From an uncultured Candidatus Saccharibacteria bacterium (lineage in GTDB: Bacteria > Patescibacteriota > Dojkabacteria > SC72 > JAFGCJ01): a stretch of 64,000 bases of DNA. Positions 9,633 to 19,610 of this stretch are shown here, one piece after another. The stretch lies in the NCBI GenBank assembly GCA_964481345.1, contig CAYZTC010000004.1:5731-69730 (forward strand). The letters run 5' to 3'. Position numbers and translations under genes: made by a program. Numbering within the stretch: the first letter of the stretch is position 1; every line of letters starts with the position of its first letter. Under the pieces are notes generated by a model, which saw only the letters and a program-made list of their open reading frames with translations, made no database searches and was not told the origin of the DNA.

Positions 9633-10712
9633 CTAAAGTTTGATTTCTTCTTTGATAAATTCATCTAGCTTTCCATCAAGTATTTCCTCAGGATGTTTTG
9701 ATTCGACCTTAGTTCTTAAATCTTTGACAAGCTTATACGGATGAAGTACGTAATTTCTTATCTGGTTACCCCATGCTGCTACTTTATGCTTACCTTTAAG
9801 CTGTTTTTTCTCTTTCTCCAGTTCTTTTTCTTTTATTGCCCACAGTTTTGCTTTCAAAAGACTCATTGCAGCCTCTCTGTTTTGAAATTGACTTCTTCTT
9901 GATGATGATTGAACTGTAATTCCTGTAGGAATGTGTGTAAGTGTTACTGCGGTGGAGGTTTTGTTTACGTGTTGACCTCCAGGCCCTCCTGCTCTTGTTG
10001 CCTTAAATTCAACATCTTTGTCGTTAATTTCAATGTCGTCCACATTAGCTGTTTTAATAATTGGTAATACTTCTACACCGGCAAAAGAGGTCTGTCTTAA
10101 ATTTTGTGCATTAAATGGAGATAACCGGACTAGCCTATGTGTACCAGCTTCATTTTTTAAGTACCCATATGCGTATTCTCCTTTTATTTCAATTGATACT
10201 GTACTTAGGCCTGCCTCCTCACATTTAACTTTATGTATTTCCTCTACTGTCCAATCTTGAGATTCAGCATATCTTGAATACATTCTTAGTAGTATTTGTG
10301 TCCAGTCGTTTGCTTCAGTTCCGCCTTGCCCAGAATGGATTGAAAGAATAGCTCCAGATTTATCATACTTACCTGAAAGAAATTGATTTAGCTCAAATTT
10401 TGCTAACTTATCATTTATTTTCTTATACTCACTTTGAACATCTTCGGTATCACTTTTTGTTGCAACTTTTGAGTATTCATTAAGATTTTCAATAGATTTT
10501 TCGAGTGATGAGATTTGACTAGCAAGTTCATTGATCTCATTGATTTTTTGCATAATATCTTTTGCTTTGTTTTGATTTTCCCAGAAGTTTTTCTCAAGTG
10601 ATTCTTTCTGAAGATTCTCTTTTTGTTCAATTTTTGAATCTAATTCAAGGACCTCTTTTATTGATGATATTCTTTTTTTGAGACCTTCTATTTGATCTTC
10701 CATGAAAAGCAT
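9633..10712 (-). CDS. prfB: peptide chain release factor 2
   Basis: SPF tripeptide (RLSPFNAQNLRQTSF) and GGQ motif (RAGGPGGQHVNKT). Single uninterrupted 359-aa ORF. Confidence 0.9.
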   Translation of the reverse strand: MLFMEDQIEGLKKRISSIKEVLELDSKIEQKENLQKESLEKNFWENQNKAKDIMQKINEINELASQISSLEKSIENLNEYSKVATKSDTEDVQSEYKKINDKLAKFELNQFLSGKYDKSGAILSIHSGQGGTEANDWTQILLRMYSRYAESQDWTVEEIHKVKCEEAGLSTVSIEIKGEYAYGYLKNEAGTHRLVRLSPFNAQNLRQTSFAGVEVLPIIKTANVDDIEINDKDVEFKATRAGGPGGQHVNKTSTAVTLTHIPTGITVQSSSRRSQFQNREAAMSLLKAKLWAIKEKELEKEKKQLKGKHKVAAWGNQIRNYVLHPYKLVKDLRTKVESKHPEEILDGKLDEFIKEEIKL

Positions 10713-10800
10713 TATCTCATATTTATTTTATATCGTCATTTTGTTTGGGGGCAATGATGGATAATGATATACTGTATCTTAGATGGGAAATAAAAAAAGT

Positions 10801-12405
10801 ATGAGTAAACAACCAGTAGTTCTTTTGATTTTGGATGGAATAGGAGCAAGAAAGAGTAAAATTGGAAATGCAGTGCTTTTAGCAAATACTCCTGTCTTAG
10901 ATTCACTTTGGACACAGTGTCCGCATTGTCTTTTGGATGCATCCGAAAAGGCTGTAGGATTGCCTCCTGGCTATGCAGGGCACTCTGAGGTTGGGCACCT
11001 TAACCTTGGAAGTGGTCAGATAGTTTATCAGGTGCTCACTCAAATTGGTGAAGCAATAAGGACAAAACAATTTGGAAAGAATCCAGTACTTGTTGATTCT
11101 CTTAAAAATGCAAAAAGGAAAAAGAATAATGTTCATCTCCTTGGAATATTAAGCCCGGGGGGTGTACATGGTCATATAGACCATCTGTTTGAACTTATGA
11201 GGGTGTGTAAAACTCATAAGATTTCTCCCTATATTCATGTCATATTAGATGGAAGGGATGCAGGTCTTAAGGATGGATATTTATATCTTAATATGCTTAA
11301 GGCTAAAATATCTGAGTTTGGTATTGGAACTATTGCCTCGATTAGTGGTAGAGCTTATGCGATGGATAGAAATAAGCATTGGGATAGAACTGGAAAGACA
11401 TATGATGCAATGCTTGGAATAGGAGAAAGAAAATCAAGTGATGTGATGGACGTACTTCAAAACGCGTATAAATCTGGTGAGAATGATCAGACATTTAAGC
11501 CTACTACCCTTGTTAACGGTGATGGAAATCCTATGGGACCGGTAAAAGATGGTGATTCAGTAATCTTCTATAATTTCAGGGAGGACAGATCAAGACAGCT
11601 TACAAAGGCATTTGTGCTAAAGGACTGCAATGGTTTTGAAAGAAAGGTGATGTTGAAAGATATTAATTTTGTTACAATGACCGGTTATGAAGAGGGCCTT
11701 CCTGTAAAAATTTTGTACGAACCTTTTAGGCCGGAAAATACAGTTGCTGATGTGATAAGTAATGCTGGCATGAGGCAATTCCATATTTCAGAAACAGAAA
11801 AGTATGCTCACGTTACTTATTTTTTTAACGGTGGGAGAGAGAAGCCTCATGATGGTGAGGAGTTTTACCTTGTTCCTTCCCCTAATGTGTTTGATTATTC
11901 TACTACTCCTGCAATGAGTATTAAGGAGGTTACTGAAGGGTTGATAAAGCGGATAAAAACCCAAAAGGATGATTTTATTCTCATCAATTATGCAAATCCT
12001 GACATGCTTGGTCATACTGGAGACATTGATGCAACAGTAAAATCACTCGAAATAGTGGACAGCTATACGAAGAAATTGATAGATGCAATATTAAAAGTAA
12101 AGGGTGATTTCATGATAGTTTCTGATCATGGAAATTGCGATAAGATGATTGAAGAAGTAACTGGAGAGCCGGATACAAAGCATACCATGAGTCCGGTACC
12201 GTTCATGATTGGTAAGGATCTTGATTCTTTTAAGGTTCTTGATAATCCTGAGAAACTTTGTACTGGTGATGGTGCTGTGGTTAGGGGGATACTTGCCGAT
12301 GTAGGAGTGACTGTACTTAAGATGTTGAATCTTGAATCTACTGAGGATATGACTGGAATTGATCTTGCACCGATGATAAAAAATGGGACTTTAAATAAAG
12401 AGTAA
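10801..12405 (+). CDS. gpmI: 2,3-bisphosphoglycerate-independent phosphoglycerate mutase
   Basis: MSKQPVVLLILDGIG... matches the iPGM N-terminus, giving 534 aa with metal-binding motifs. The track ORF starts 18 nt earlier (10783); the 10801 ATG fits the family N-terminus better. Confidence 0.88.
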   Translation: MSKQPVVLLILDGIGARKSKIGNAVLLANTPVLDSLWTQCPHCLLDASEKAVGLPPGYAGHSEVGHLNLGSGQIVYQVLTQIGEAIRTKQFGKNPVLVDSLKNAKRKKNNVHLLGILSPGGVHGHIDHLFELMRVCKTHKISPYIHVILDGRDAGLKDGYLYLNMLKAKISEFGIGTIASISGRAYAMDRNKHWDRTGKTYDAMLGIGERKSSDVMDVLQNAYKSGENDQTFKPTTLVNGDGNPMGPVKDGDSVIFYNFREDRSRQLTKAFVLKDCNGFERKVMLKDINFVTMTGYEEGLPVKILYEPFRPENTVADVISNAGMRQFHISETEKYAHVTYFFNGGREKPHDGEEFYLVPSPNVFDYSTTPAMSIKEVTEGLIKRIKTQKDDFILINYANPDMLGHTGDIDATVKSLEIVDSYTKKLIDAILKVKGDFMIVSDHGNCDKMIEEVTGEPDTKHTMSPVPFMIGKDLDSFKVLDNPEKLCTGDGAVVRGILADVGVTVLKMLNLESTEDMTGIDLAPMIKNGTLNKE

Positions 12406-13146
12406 TACAATTATTCCAAGTACTATTCTATATACTCCACAGGCTGTAAGGATCTTCTTGTTTATATAGTTTCTAAACATTGTTATTACAACAAAGCCTA
12501 CGGTTGCAGATATCAGTGTTGCAATTATTACACAAAAAGTGGAAACTGATGCAGATAAGCCTTCCACAATGCTTAAGACTGCCGCTCCTGGAATGAGAAT
12601 AAGTCCAGAAAGAAATGCAAACTCTAGAGCTGTTTGAGGCTCTATTCCAGATAGTATTCCTGCAATAACAGTAATTCCTGCCCTTGAAGTGCCTGGAATA
12701 AATGCAATTACTTGACTGACCCCAACGATAAGAGATTGAAGTGGTGTAACTTCACAGATTTTCTTTGTTTTGAAGTTTACACTTTTAGATATTTGATCTA
12801 CCAATATCAATACTATTCCCCAGAAAATAAGTGAAATTCCAATGATCCATGTTTGTGAAAGATTTTCGTCGATCCAGTCCTTAAATATGTATCCAATAAT
12901 CAATCCTGGAATTGTTGCAATTATTATGTTTGATATGGTTCGATAGGTCTTAATTTCTTTTATTTTGTCCCACATTCCAATAACTATTGCGATAAAAGTG
13001 CCAATATGAAGGACTGCAATTTCTAGATGAAGACCAGTTAAATGTGAAAATATTAATAGGTGAGCACTACTTGATACTGGAAAAAGCTCTGAGACTCCTT
13101 GAATTGTCCCAGATACTATCGAGTTGAAAAAGTCTATCGCTACCAT
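12391..13146 (-). CDS. uppP: undecaprenyl-diphosphatase
   Basis: SELFPVSSSAHL signature near the N-terminus and eight predicted TM helices (BacA/UppP family). Confidence 0.9.
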   Translation of the reverse strand: MVAIDFFNSIVSGTIQGVSELFPVSSSAHLLIFSHLTGLHLEIAVLHIGTFIAIVIGMWDKIKEIKTYRTISNIIIATIPGLIIGYIFKDWIDENLSQTWIIGISLIFWGIVLILVDQISKSVNFKTKKICEVTPLQSLIVGVSQVIAFIPGTSRAGITVIAGILSGIEPQTALEFAFLSGLILIPGAAVLSIVEGLSASVSTFCVIIATLISATVGFVVITMFRNYINKKILTACGVYRIVLGIIVLLFI

Positions 13147-13200
13147 TTGTTTTGTTAAAAATTCAAAATAATATCTCAGTACATCATGCCGATATTGAAT

Positions 13201-13314
13201 AATCCTGTCAAATGAAAGAATCCTAAGATAATTTGAACAGGATTGTTTGTACTGTCGAAATTACTGTTCCTGATTTTGTATAAAGCTTGACGTTATAGGG
13301 AGATTAACAATACA
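13201..13314. promoter_or_regulatory. divergent control region between uppP and the glycan locus: imperfect inverted repeat (aatcctgtcaaa ... tttgaacaggatt) plus TTGACG-17/18-TACAAT promoter-like element ending ~10 bp before the 13325 ATG
   Basis: 13201-13212 and 13232-13244 are reverse complements with one indel. The aatcct half-site recurs at 13219. TTGACG sits at 13286-13291 and TACAAT at 13310-13315. Confidence 0.3.
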
Positions 13315-13324
13315 ATGAAAGTTA

Positions 13325-14026
13325 ATGAGGCATGCTAAGAGATTAATAAAGCATCTTTTATTGATAGTACTGTTATCATTATTAGGAGTAAGAAATACGG
13401 CCTTTGCTGTTGCTGCCACGATGTATTTAAGTCCTGCTACTGGAAGTCACGACTCAGGTGAAGAATTTACGGTAGATATAATGATAGATACGGGAGGGGT
13501 GGATGTTCAGACTGCCAGGGCTTCACTTTCTTATGATCCAGATATTATCCAAGTTATAGCTGTGTCTCACAGTAATATTTTTTGTCAGTTTCCTGATTCA
13601 GGTTATGAAGTAGATAATACAAATGGCCAAATGATACTGACTGGTTTTTGCCAGGATGAACACTACGGCACTGTGGGAGATGCAGATATTTTGGGAAGGA
13701 TTACTTTTAAAGGAATGTCAGGTGGTAGTGTTGAGGTTTCGTTCAATTTTGATGGTACAGATGATGACGAGATGACGTACATGAAGACTCCAGGAAGTCC
13801 ACCTCAAACACTAGATATGACAACTCCTACTGATGGTACATATACAATATCTGGAGCTGCTGTTCAGGATGATGACCTTCCGGAGACAGGATTGTGGGAA
13901 AATGCTAGTGTGACTTTTGGAGTGTCTCTTGTTTTGCTTTCGATATTTGTTCTTATTGCAGATGCTTTCCTGCCCCTAGTGATGAAATGGTTAAACCAGA
14001 GAGGTCAAAGAACTATTGTTGTTTAG
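13325..14026 (+). CDS. LPXTG (LPETG)-anchored secreted surface protein; first gene of the plus-strand glycan locus
   Basis: N-terminal signal peptide and a beta-rich ~170-aa domain. The C-terminal sorting signal is LPETG, then a hydrophobic helix, then a KWLNQRGQR tail. The 3' end overlaps the next gene by 11 nt. Confidence 0.7.
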   Translation: MRHAKRLIKHLLLIVLLSLLGVRNTAFAVAATMYLSPATGSHDSGEEFTVDIMIDTGGVDVQTARASLSYDPDIIQVIAVSHSNIFCQFPDSGYEVDNTNGQMILTGFCQDEHYGTVGDADILGRITFKGMSGGSVEVSFNFDGTDDDEMTYMKTPGSPPQTLDMTTPTDGTYTISGAAVQDDDLPETGLWENASVTFGVSLVLLSIFVLIADAFLPLVMKWLNQRGQRTIVV

Positions 14027-15227
14027 TATAAATACTCTTATGGGGAAATTATCAAAACTTAAAGTTGCTATCGTACATGACTGGGTAGTAGTGAAAAAAG
14101 GGGCTGAAAAGTGCCTTGAATCATTTTGTGAAATATTTCCAAACTCAGAAGTATATACATTATTATATAAGAAGGGAGTATCGACAATTGTAGACGGGAG
14201 AAAAATTCATCACTCTTTTCTTCAAAGGTTTCCTGGATGGAAAGGATACTATAGATATCTTTATCCACTTATGCCTATTGCTATTGAAAGTTTCAATTTT
14301 GACAAATATGACTTGGTGATATCATCAAGTCATTCTGTTGCTAAGGGGATAATTACAAGTCCACACACCTGTCATATTTCATATATTCATAGCCCAATGA
14401 GATATGCATGGGATATGTATGAAGATTATTTTGGAAAGGAAAGTGGAATGTCTTTATTCAAAAGGATGCTGATACTTCCTCAAGTACACTTGTTAAGACT
14501 TTGGGATCAGTCATCAGCTTCAAGACCGGATTACCTGATTGCTAATTCAAAACTTGTGTCACAAAGAATTTTGAAACACTGGAATAGGAAGTCTGAAGTT
14601 GTAAATCCACCCGTCGATGTCACAAGGTTTAAAATTGGTGAAAGAAAGAAGGAGTACTTTTTGATGGTGACTAGTTTTGAACCGAATAAAAAGGTCGATC
14701 TTGCAGTAAAAGCTTTTACTGAACTTGGATATCCCTTAAAGATTGTGGGATCTACGGGGAGATTGATGAATAAGATTAAAAAGATGTCTGGACTAAATGT
14801 TGAGTTTTTGGGTAGGGTAAGTGATGATGAAATAGTAAGGCTTTATTCTGAAGCAAAAGCTTTTGTTTTGCCTGGTAAGGATGATTTCGGGATATCCCCT
14901 CTTGAGGCTATTGCATCTGGTACTCCAGTAATTGCATATGGTAAGGGAGGATCACTTGAGACAGTTGTCCCAATAAATCCAGAGAGTGAGGATTGCATAA
15001 GGTTTGGCGCAAAGAATGGTGTTTTCTTTTATGAGCAAGAAGTTACCTCTTTAAAAAAGGCAATCAGGAGTTTTCTTGAGTATAATCTGAATCAGGGATG
15101 GGATCAGGTGCGAATGAGGAAGTGGACAAAAAGATTCACAACGAGTAATTATAAAATGATGATAAAAAGATTAATTACAAAGAAATATGAGGAGTTTCAG
15201 AATCAGTTTGAATCTATAGAGAAATGA
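14016..15227 (+). CDS. glycosyltransferase family 4 (GT-B, retaining)
   Basis: C-terminal GT4 motif EAIASGTPVIAYGKGGSLETV and the EX7E-type region. 403 aa. Confidence 0.8.
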   Translation: MLFSINTLMGKLSKLKVAIVHDWVVVKKGAEKCLESFCEIFPNSEVYTLLYKKGVSTIVDGRKIHHSFLQRFPGWKGYYRYLYPLMPIAIESFNFDKYDLVISSSHSVAKGIITSPHTCHISYIHSPMRYAWDMYEDYFGKESGMSLFKRMLILPQVHLLRLWDQSSASRPDYLIANSKLVSQRILKHWNRKSEVVNPPVDVTRFKIGERKKEYFLMVTSFEPNKKVDLAVKAFTELGYPLKIVGSTGRLMNKIKKMSGLNVEFLGRVSDDEIVRLYSEAKAFVLPGKDDFGISPLEAIASGTPVIAYGKGGSLETVVPINPESEDCIRFGAKNGVFFYEQEVTSLKKAIRSFLEYNLNQGWDQVRMRKWTKRFTTSNYKMMIKRLITKKYEEFQNQFESIEK

Positions 15228-16492
15228 GCCAAAAGAAGGTATTAAACATCATTCAGCGATATCATCCAGCAAGAGGTGGTGCAGAACTTTTTATGAAAAT
15301 AGTGTCAGAGTATCAAGAAAATAAACTAGGCTATGATGTTGATGTTTGGACGACGGATGCATTTGGGATAGATACACTCTGGGATCTTGATGATGATTTG
15401 ATTGATAAGAAAAAAGAAAAAATCAATGGAGTGAACGTCAGAAGGTTTTCCGTCGGTAAATGGGTACTAAAAAATAAGTATCTCAATAAGATATTTAGGG
15501 TGTTGTTTGGTCGTTTTCCAAATTTTCACCTATCGAATATGGCTACCTGTCCTACAACATTTGGAATGTTAGATGTTGTTAATTCTGATAACCTTGCTGA
15601 TTATAGCTGTGTGACCGTATCTTCAACTCCATACTTTTTTCTTTTTTATGTTGGGTACTTGATCTCGAAAAAAATGAACATTCCTTATGTGATAGCACCT
15701 GCTATTCATACAGGGGTGGAAAGTGATGACTTGATAAGAAAGAAATATTTTAGGAGGTTATCGATACCGTTCTATCAGCACGCCAGTAAAATAATTCTAA
15801 ATACTGAAGTAGAAGGTAAAGCTATATCCAATTTTTGCAAACAAAGTGGAGTGGAAATAGACCAAAATAAATTCGTGGTTATTGGGCAGGGTGTATTTTT
15901 GGAAAAGATTAAGAGTGGTGATGGAAAAAGATTTAGGAAGAAGTATGGATTAAAGTACCCTATTGTATTTCAGATGGGGTCTAGAAATTATGATAAAGGT
16001 AGCTATAATCTGATTGATGCAATGAAAATCTGTTGGGATAAGGGAATAAAGAGTCACCTGGTATTTGCTGGTGTACACACAGAAGATTTCTCAGATTACC
16101 TAGGTAGACTGGATCAAAAATATAGAAAATGGATAATAAACATTGACAATATTTCAGAGTCTGAAAAATGGGATATGTTTGATGCGGGCGTTATTTTTTC
16201 AATGGTGTCTAAGACTGATTCTTTTGGAATTGTATATCTTGAGGCGTGGGCTTATAGAAATCCGGTACTTGCGTGTAATAATGAGGCCATAAAACAAGTT
16301 GTAAATAATGGGGAAGACGGATATCTTCTAGATTTTGATGATGTTGAAGGTATATCAAAAAAGATAGAATATCTTTTAAAAAATGAAAATATAAGAAAGA
16401 AAATGGGACGAATGGGAAGAAAAAAGGTTGAGGAGAAATATTGCTGGGAGAAGAATGTTAAGAAGATTAGGGATGTATATAAAAATTTATAG
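15224..16492 (+). CDS. glycosyltransferase family 4
   Basis: LEAWAYRNPVLACNNEAIKQVVNNGEDGYL in the GT4 C-terminal domain. ATGA overlap with the upstream gene. Confidence 0.8.
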   Translation: MSQKKVLNIIQRYHPARGGAELFMKIVSEYQENKLGYDVDVWTTDAFGIDTLWDLDDDLIDKKKEKINGVNVRRFSVGKWVLKNKYLNKIFRVLFGRFPNFHLSNMATCPTTFGMLDVVNSDNLADYSCVTVSSTPYFFLFYVGYLISKKMNIPYVIAPAIHTGVESDDLIRKKYFRRLSIPFYQHASKIILNTEVEGKAISNFCKQSGVEIDQNKFVVIGQGVFLEKIKSGDGKRFRKKYGLKYPIVFQMGSRNYDKGSYNLIDAMKICWDKGIKSHLVFAGVHTEDFSDYLGRLDQKYRKWIINIDNISESEKWDMFDAGVIFSMVSKTDSFGIVYLEAWAYRNPVLACNNEAIKQVVNNGEDGYLLDFDDVEGISKKIEYLLKNENIRKKMGRMGRKKVEEKYCWEKNVKKIRDVYKNL

Positions 16493-16560
16493 GTTTGAAG
16501 AGATTTAATTTTTCATATAAAATGGTTCGCTATAATTTTAGTTTACGTAGCTAGAGTTAC

Positions 16561-17805
16561 ATGAAGAAGAAGCAGAATGCAGGAGTAGTAGGATATGGCC
16601 ATATTCCGAACAAAAATTTGAAAAAGTTGAAGGAGGAAATGGACAGTTATGCTCTATTGTCGGTTGATGATCTAAGTGAGGAAGAAATAGAAAAACAAAT
16701 CAAGGAGAAAGAAGTACTAGGCTTTGAGAGCTATAAGGACATGATTAAGCAGACAGGTGGTAAGATGAACTTTCTTCTTGTGAGAAAAAGAAAGGTAGGG
16801 ATAATAGGAGGTGGGCATATAATGGAAAGACATTTGGAATCTATTAAAGCTAATTCTGATTTTTACGATCTTGTTGCATTATGCGACATTGACAAGAAGG
16901 TATTGGAGGAGGTAGCCAGAGAGAATGATGTGCCAGGGTTTGTAGATTATAAGAGAATGCTTAAAGAGATGAGGGGTAAGATGAATTTTATTGTAATTGC
17001 TACTCCAACTCATCTTCATTACGAAGTGGCAATGAATGCCTTAAAGTTAGGTTACGACATCTTAATAGAAAAACCAATTGCTTTTGAAGTATCTAAAGTT
17101 AAGAAAATTCAGGATGTTGCAAATAAGCTTGGAAGAGAGGCATACTGTGTCTTGCAGGTGAGATATAATCCAACTGTAAAAATGATGAGAGAAGCTTTGA
17201 AAGAGGGAATTCTCGGGGATGTTAGAAGTGTAAGCTTTGTTCAAAGATGGCAAAGACCTATTGGATTTTTCAAGGGTTGGAGAGGAAAAATAGAAGAGGG
17301 TGGAAAGACTTTGAATGAATATGCAATTCACTATTTGGATGTAGTCCAAATAATGTTTGGGGTTCCGAAGGTGAAATCGACTTTTACCTACAATCATAAG
17401 CATATGAATATCCCATTTGAAGATACGTTGTATTCTCTGGTTGAATATAAAGGTGGAATTTCGGGATCTATAGAGGTGAATATTGCAGTTGAACCTTCAA
17501 ACTTAGAATGCTCTATTGCAATTATGGGGTCTAAAGGTTTTCTGAAGATAAGTGGAAATGCATTGGATCAGGTAGAAAGAGCATCTTTTGAAACGAAGAG
17601 ACTGCAGAATAAATGGGATAAAATTGAGAAATCTGTAAGAAAGTCTATCAATCCAAAGTCACGTGGTACTTATGTAGGAGCTTGTCCAAACCATCCTATT
17701 TTGTATGAGGAAATAGCGAAAGGAAATGGATTTAAAGTGTCAGAGGCGATACCATCAATTAAGTTTATTGAAAATCTTTATGCCAAAGAGGATAAAAAAC
17801 ATTAA
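16561..17805 (+). CDS. Gfo/Idh/MocA-family NAD-dependent sugar-nucleotide oxidoreductase (WbpB-like UDP-GlcNAcA 3-dehydrogenase candidate) with duplicated N-terminal Rossmann segment
   Basis: VGIIGGGHIMERHLESIKANSDFYDLVALCDID...IATPTHLHYEVAMNALKLGYDILIEKPIA is the Gfo/Idh/MocA signature. Residues ~8-75 (GVVGYGHI...KMNFLLV) are a degenerate copy of residues ~80-147. Confidence 0.75.
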   Translation: MKKKQNAGVVGYGHIPNKNLKKLKEEMDSYALLSVDDLSEEEIEKQIKEKEVLGFESYKDMIKQTGGKMNFLLVRKRKVGIIGGGHIMERHLESIKANSDFYDLVALCDIDKKVLEEVARENDVPGFVDYKRMLKEMRGKMNFIVIATPTHLHYEVAMNALKLGYDILIEKPIAFEVSKVKKIQDVANKLGREAYCVLQVRYNPTVKMMREALKEGILGDVRSVSFVQRWQRPIGFFKGWRGKIEEGGKTLNEYAIHYLDVVQIMFGVPKVKSTFTYNHKHMNIPFEDTLYSLVEYKGGISGSIEVNIAVEPSNLECSIAIMGSKGFLKISGNALDQVERASFETKRLQNKWDKIEKSVRKSINPKSRGTYVGACPNHPILYEEIAKGNGFKVSEAIPSIKFIENLYAKEDKKH

Positions 17806-18481
17806 AGGTGGATTTAATATAAAAGAATATAAAGTTTTTCCTGGAAACATTAGAATTCATCCAAACGTTGAGGATCAGGCGAAATGTCTCACAGATAAGG
17901 GTTTAATTGGGGAAGGGACGATAATTCATGATTGTAAAATATTAGGTCCGGTTAACATCGGAAAAAACTGTATTGTTGGAAATGGTACAATTTTGGAGAA
18001 AGGGGTTATTTTGGGAGATGGTACAAAGGTATGGCACTTTAGCCAGATTAGAAATGGAGCAACGATAGGAAAGGACTGTGTAATTTCGGGTTGGGTTTTT
18101 ATTGATGCTGGTGTAGAAATTGGAAATGAATGTAAAATACAAAATCTTGTTTCAGTGTATCATGGTGTAACTCTTGGAGATGGTGTGTTTATGGGACCGA
18201 ATTGCCGAACGACAAATGATGTCTGGCCAAGGGCTAGAATGCCAGGTGGAGGACTTCGTGGAGAGGATGATTGGGAGCTTGGAACAATTACAATTGAAGA
18301 CGATGCTTCGATTGGGGCGGGAGCAACTCTTGTTGCAAATAATATTACTATTGGTAGAGCAGCAATGGTTGGCTCAGGTGCTGTGGTTACCAGGGATGTT
18401 AAGCCTTATACAATTGTTGTCGGAGTTCCAGCGAAAAGTATTGGAGAGGTAAAAGATAGGAAAGAATATGAATCTAAATAA
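17780..18481 (+). CDS. left-handed beta-helix (hexapeptide-repeat) N-acetyltransferase, WbpD-like
   Basis: Repeated [LIV]-G-x-x-x-x hexapeptides (IGKNCIVGNGTILEKGVILGDGTKV...IGKDCVISGWVFIDAGVEIGNECKI). Start ambiguous (17726 or 17780); overlaps the upstream gene's end. Confidence 0.7.
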   Translation: MPKRIKNIKGGFNIKEYKVFPGNIRIHPNVEDQAKCLTDKGLIGEGTIIHDCKILGPVNIGKNCIVGNGTILEKGVILGDGTKVWHFSQIRNGATIGKDCVISGWVFIDAGVEIGNECKIQNLVSVYHGVTLGDGVFMGPNCRTTNDVWPRARMPGGGLRGEDDWELGTITIEDDASIGAGATLVANNITIGRAAMVGSGAVVTRDVKPYTIVVGVPAKSIGEVKDRKEYESK

Positions 18482-18498
18482 ATTATAAATCTGCTCTT

Positions 18499-19605
18499 AT
18501 GATTCCAATTTCAAAGCCATTGATCGAAAAAGAAGAAATAGATGCTGTTGTCGAGGTTCTAAAATCTGGGATGCTTGCTCAAGGCCCTAAAGTTCAGGAG
18601 CTTGAGAGTATGTTTTCAAAATTGTGTGGGTCAAAGCATGCAATTGCTTTTTCAAATGGAACTACAGCTATCCATTCTGCTGTAATTGCTCTAGGAATAA
18701 AAGATGATGATGAGGTAATTACAGTACCTTTTACTTTTGTAGCTAGTGCAAATCCGATTTTGATGGAAAGAGGTAAGGTCGTGTTTGTCGATGTATCTGA
18801 GGATGACTTCTGCATAGATCCAGAAAAGATTGAAGAGAAGATAACGAACAAGACAAAAGCTATAATTCCGGTGGATCTTTTTGGACAAGTTTACAAGTAT
18901 AAACAGGTAAAAGAAATTGCAGACAAGCATAATTTAAAAATATTAGAAGATGCTTGTCAGGCAGTAGGAGCTGAGCAGGACGGGGTAAAAGCAGGTAACT
19001 TTGGTGATGTTGCGGCATTCTCGTTCTATGCAACAAAAAACATTGCTACAGGTGAAGGTGGAATGTTGATAACAAATGATGACAAAATAGCTCGAAAAGT
19101 AAAAATTTACAGGCATCATGGACAATATGAAGCAGTAAGATATGAATACTTAGAGCTTGGGCACAACTATAGAATGACAGATATTGCTGCAGCTCTCGGT
19201 GTCGAGCAGATGAAAAAGATAGACAGAATAACGAAAGCAAGAACTAGGAATGCTGGCCTTCTCACAGAAGGACTCTCAAGTGTAAAAGGGATAATGACTC
19301 CAAAGATAATGGACGGAAACACTCATGTGTTTCATCAGTACACTATTAGGGTGACGGAGGAATATGGCCACACTAGAGATGAACTCCTAGAGCATCTTAA
19401 GAAAGATGAAATAGGATCAGGAATTTACTATCCGAAACCACTACACCTTCATACTCATTTTATGAAAATGGGATACAAAGAAGGAGATTTTCCTGTGTCT
19501 GAGATGCTTTCAAAACAGGTACTATCGTTGCCTGTTAATCCGTTTGTGACCAAGAAGGATATCGAAAAGATTATAGACAAGATAGCATCCTTCTCTAAGA
19601 AATAA
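18499..19605 (+). CDS. DegT/DnrJ/EryC1/StrS-family PLP-dependent sugar aminotransferase (WbpE-like)
   Basis: N-terminus MIPISKPLIEKEEIDAVVEVLKSGMLAQGPKVQELE..., PLP-lysine region ...SFYATKNIATGEGGML. 368 aa. Confidence 0.85.
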   Translation: MIPISKPLIEKEEIDAVVEVLKSGMLAQGPKVQELESMFSKLCGSKHAIAFSNGTTAIHSAVIALGIKDDDEVITVPFTFVASANPILMERGKVVFVDVSEDDFCIDPEKIEEKITNKTKAIIPVDLFGQVYKYKQVKEIADKHNLKILEDACQAVGAEQDGVKAGNFGDVAAFSFYATKNIATGEGGMLITNDDKIARKVKIYRHHGQYEAVRYEYLELGHNYRMTDIAAALGVEQMKKIDRITKARTRNAGLLTEGLSSVKGIMTPKIMDGNTHVFHQYTIRVTEEYGHTRDELLEHLKKDEIGSGIYYPKPLHLHTHFMKMGYKEGDFPVSEMLSKQVLSLPVNPFVTKKDIEKIIDKIASFSKK

Positions 19606-19610
19606 AAAAT

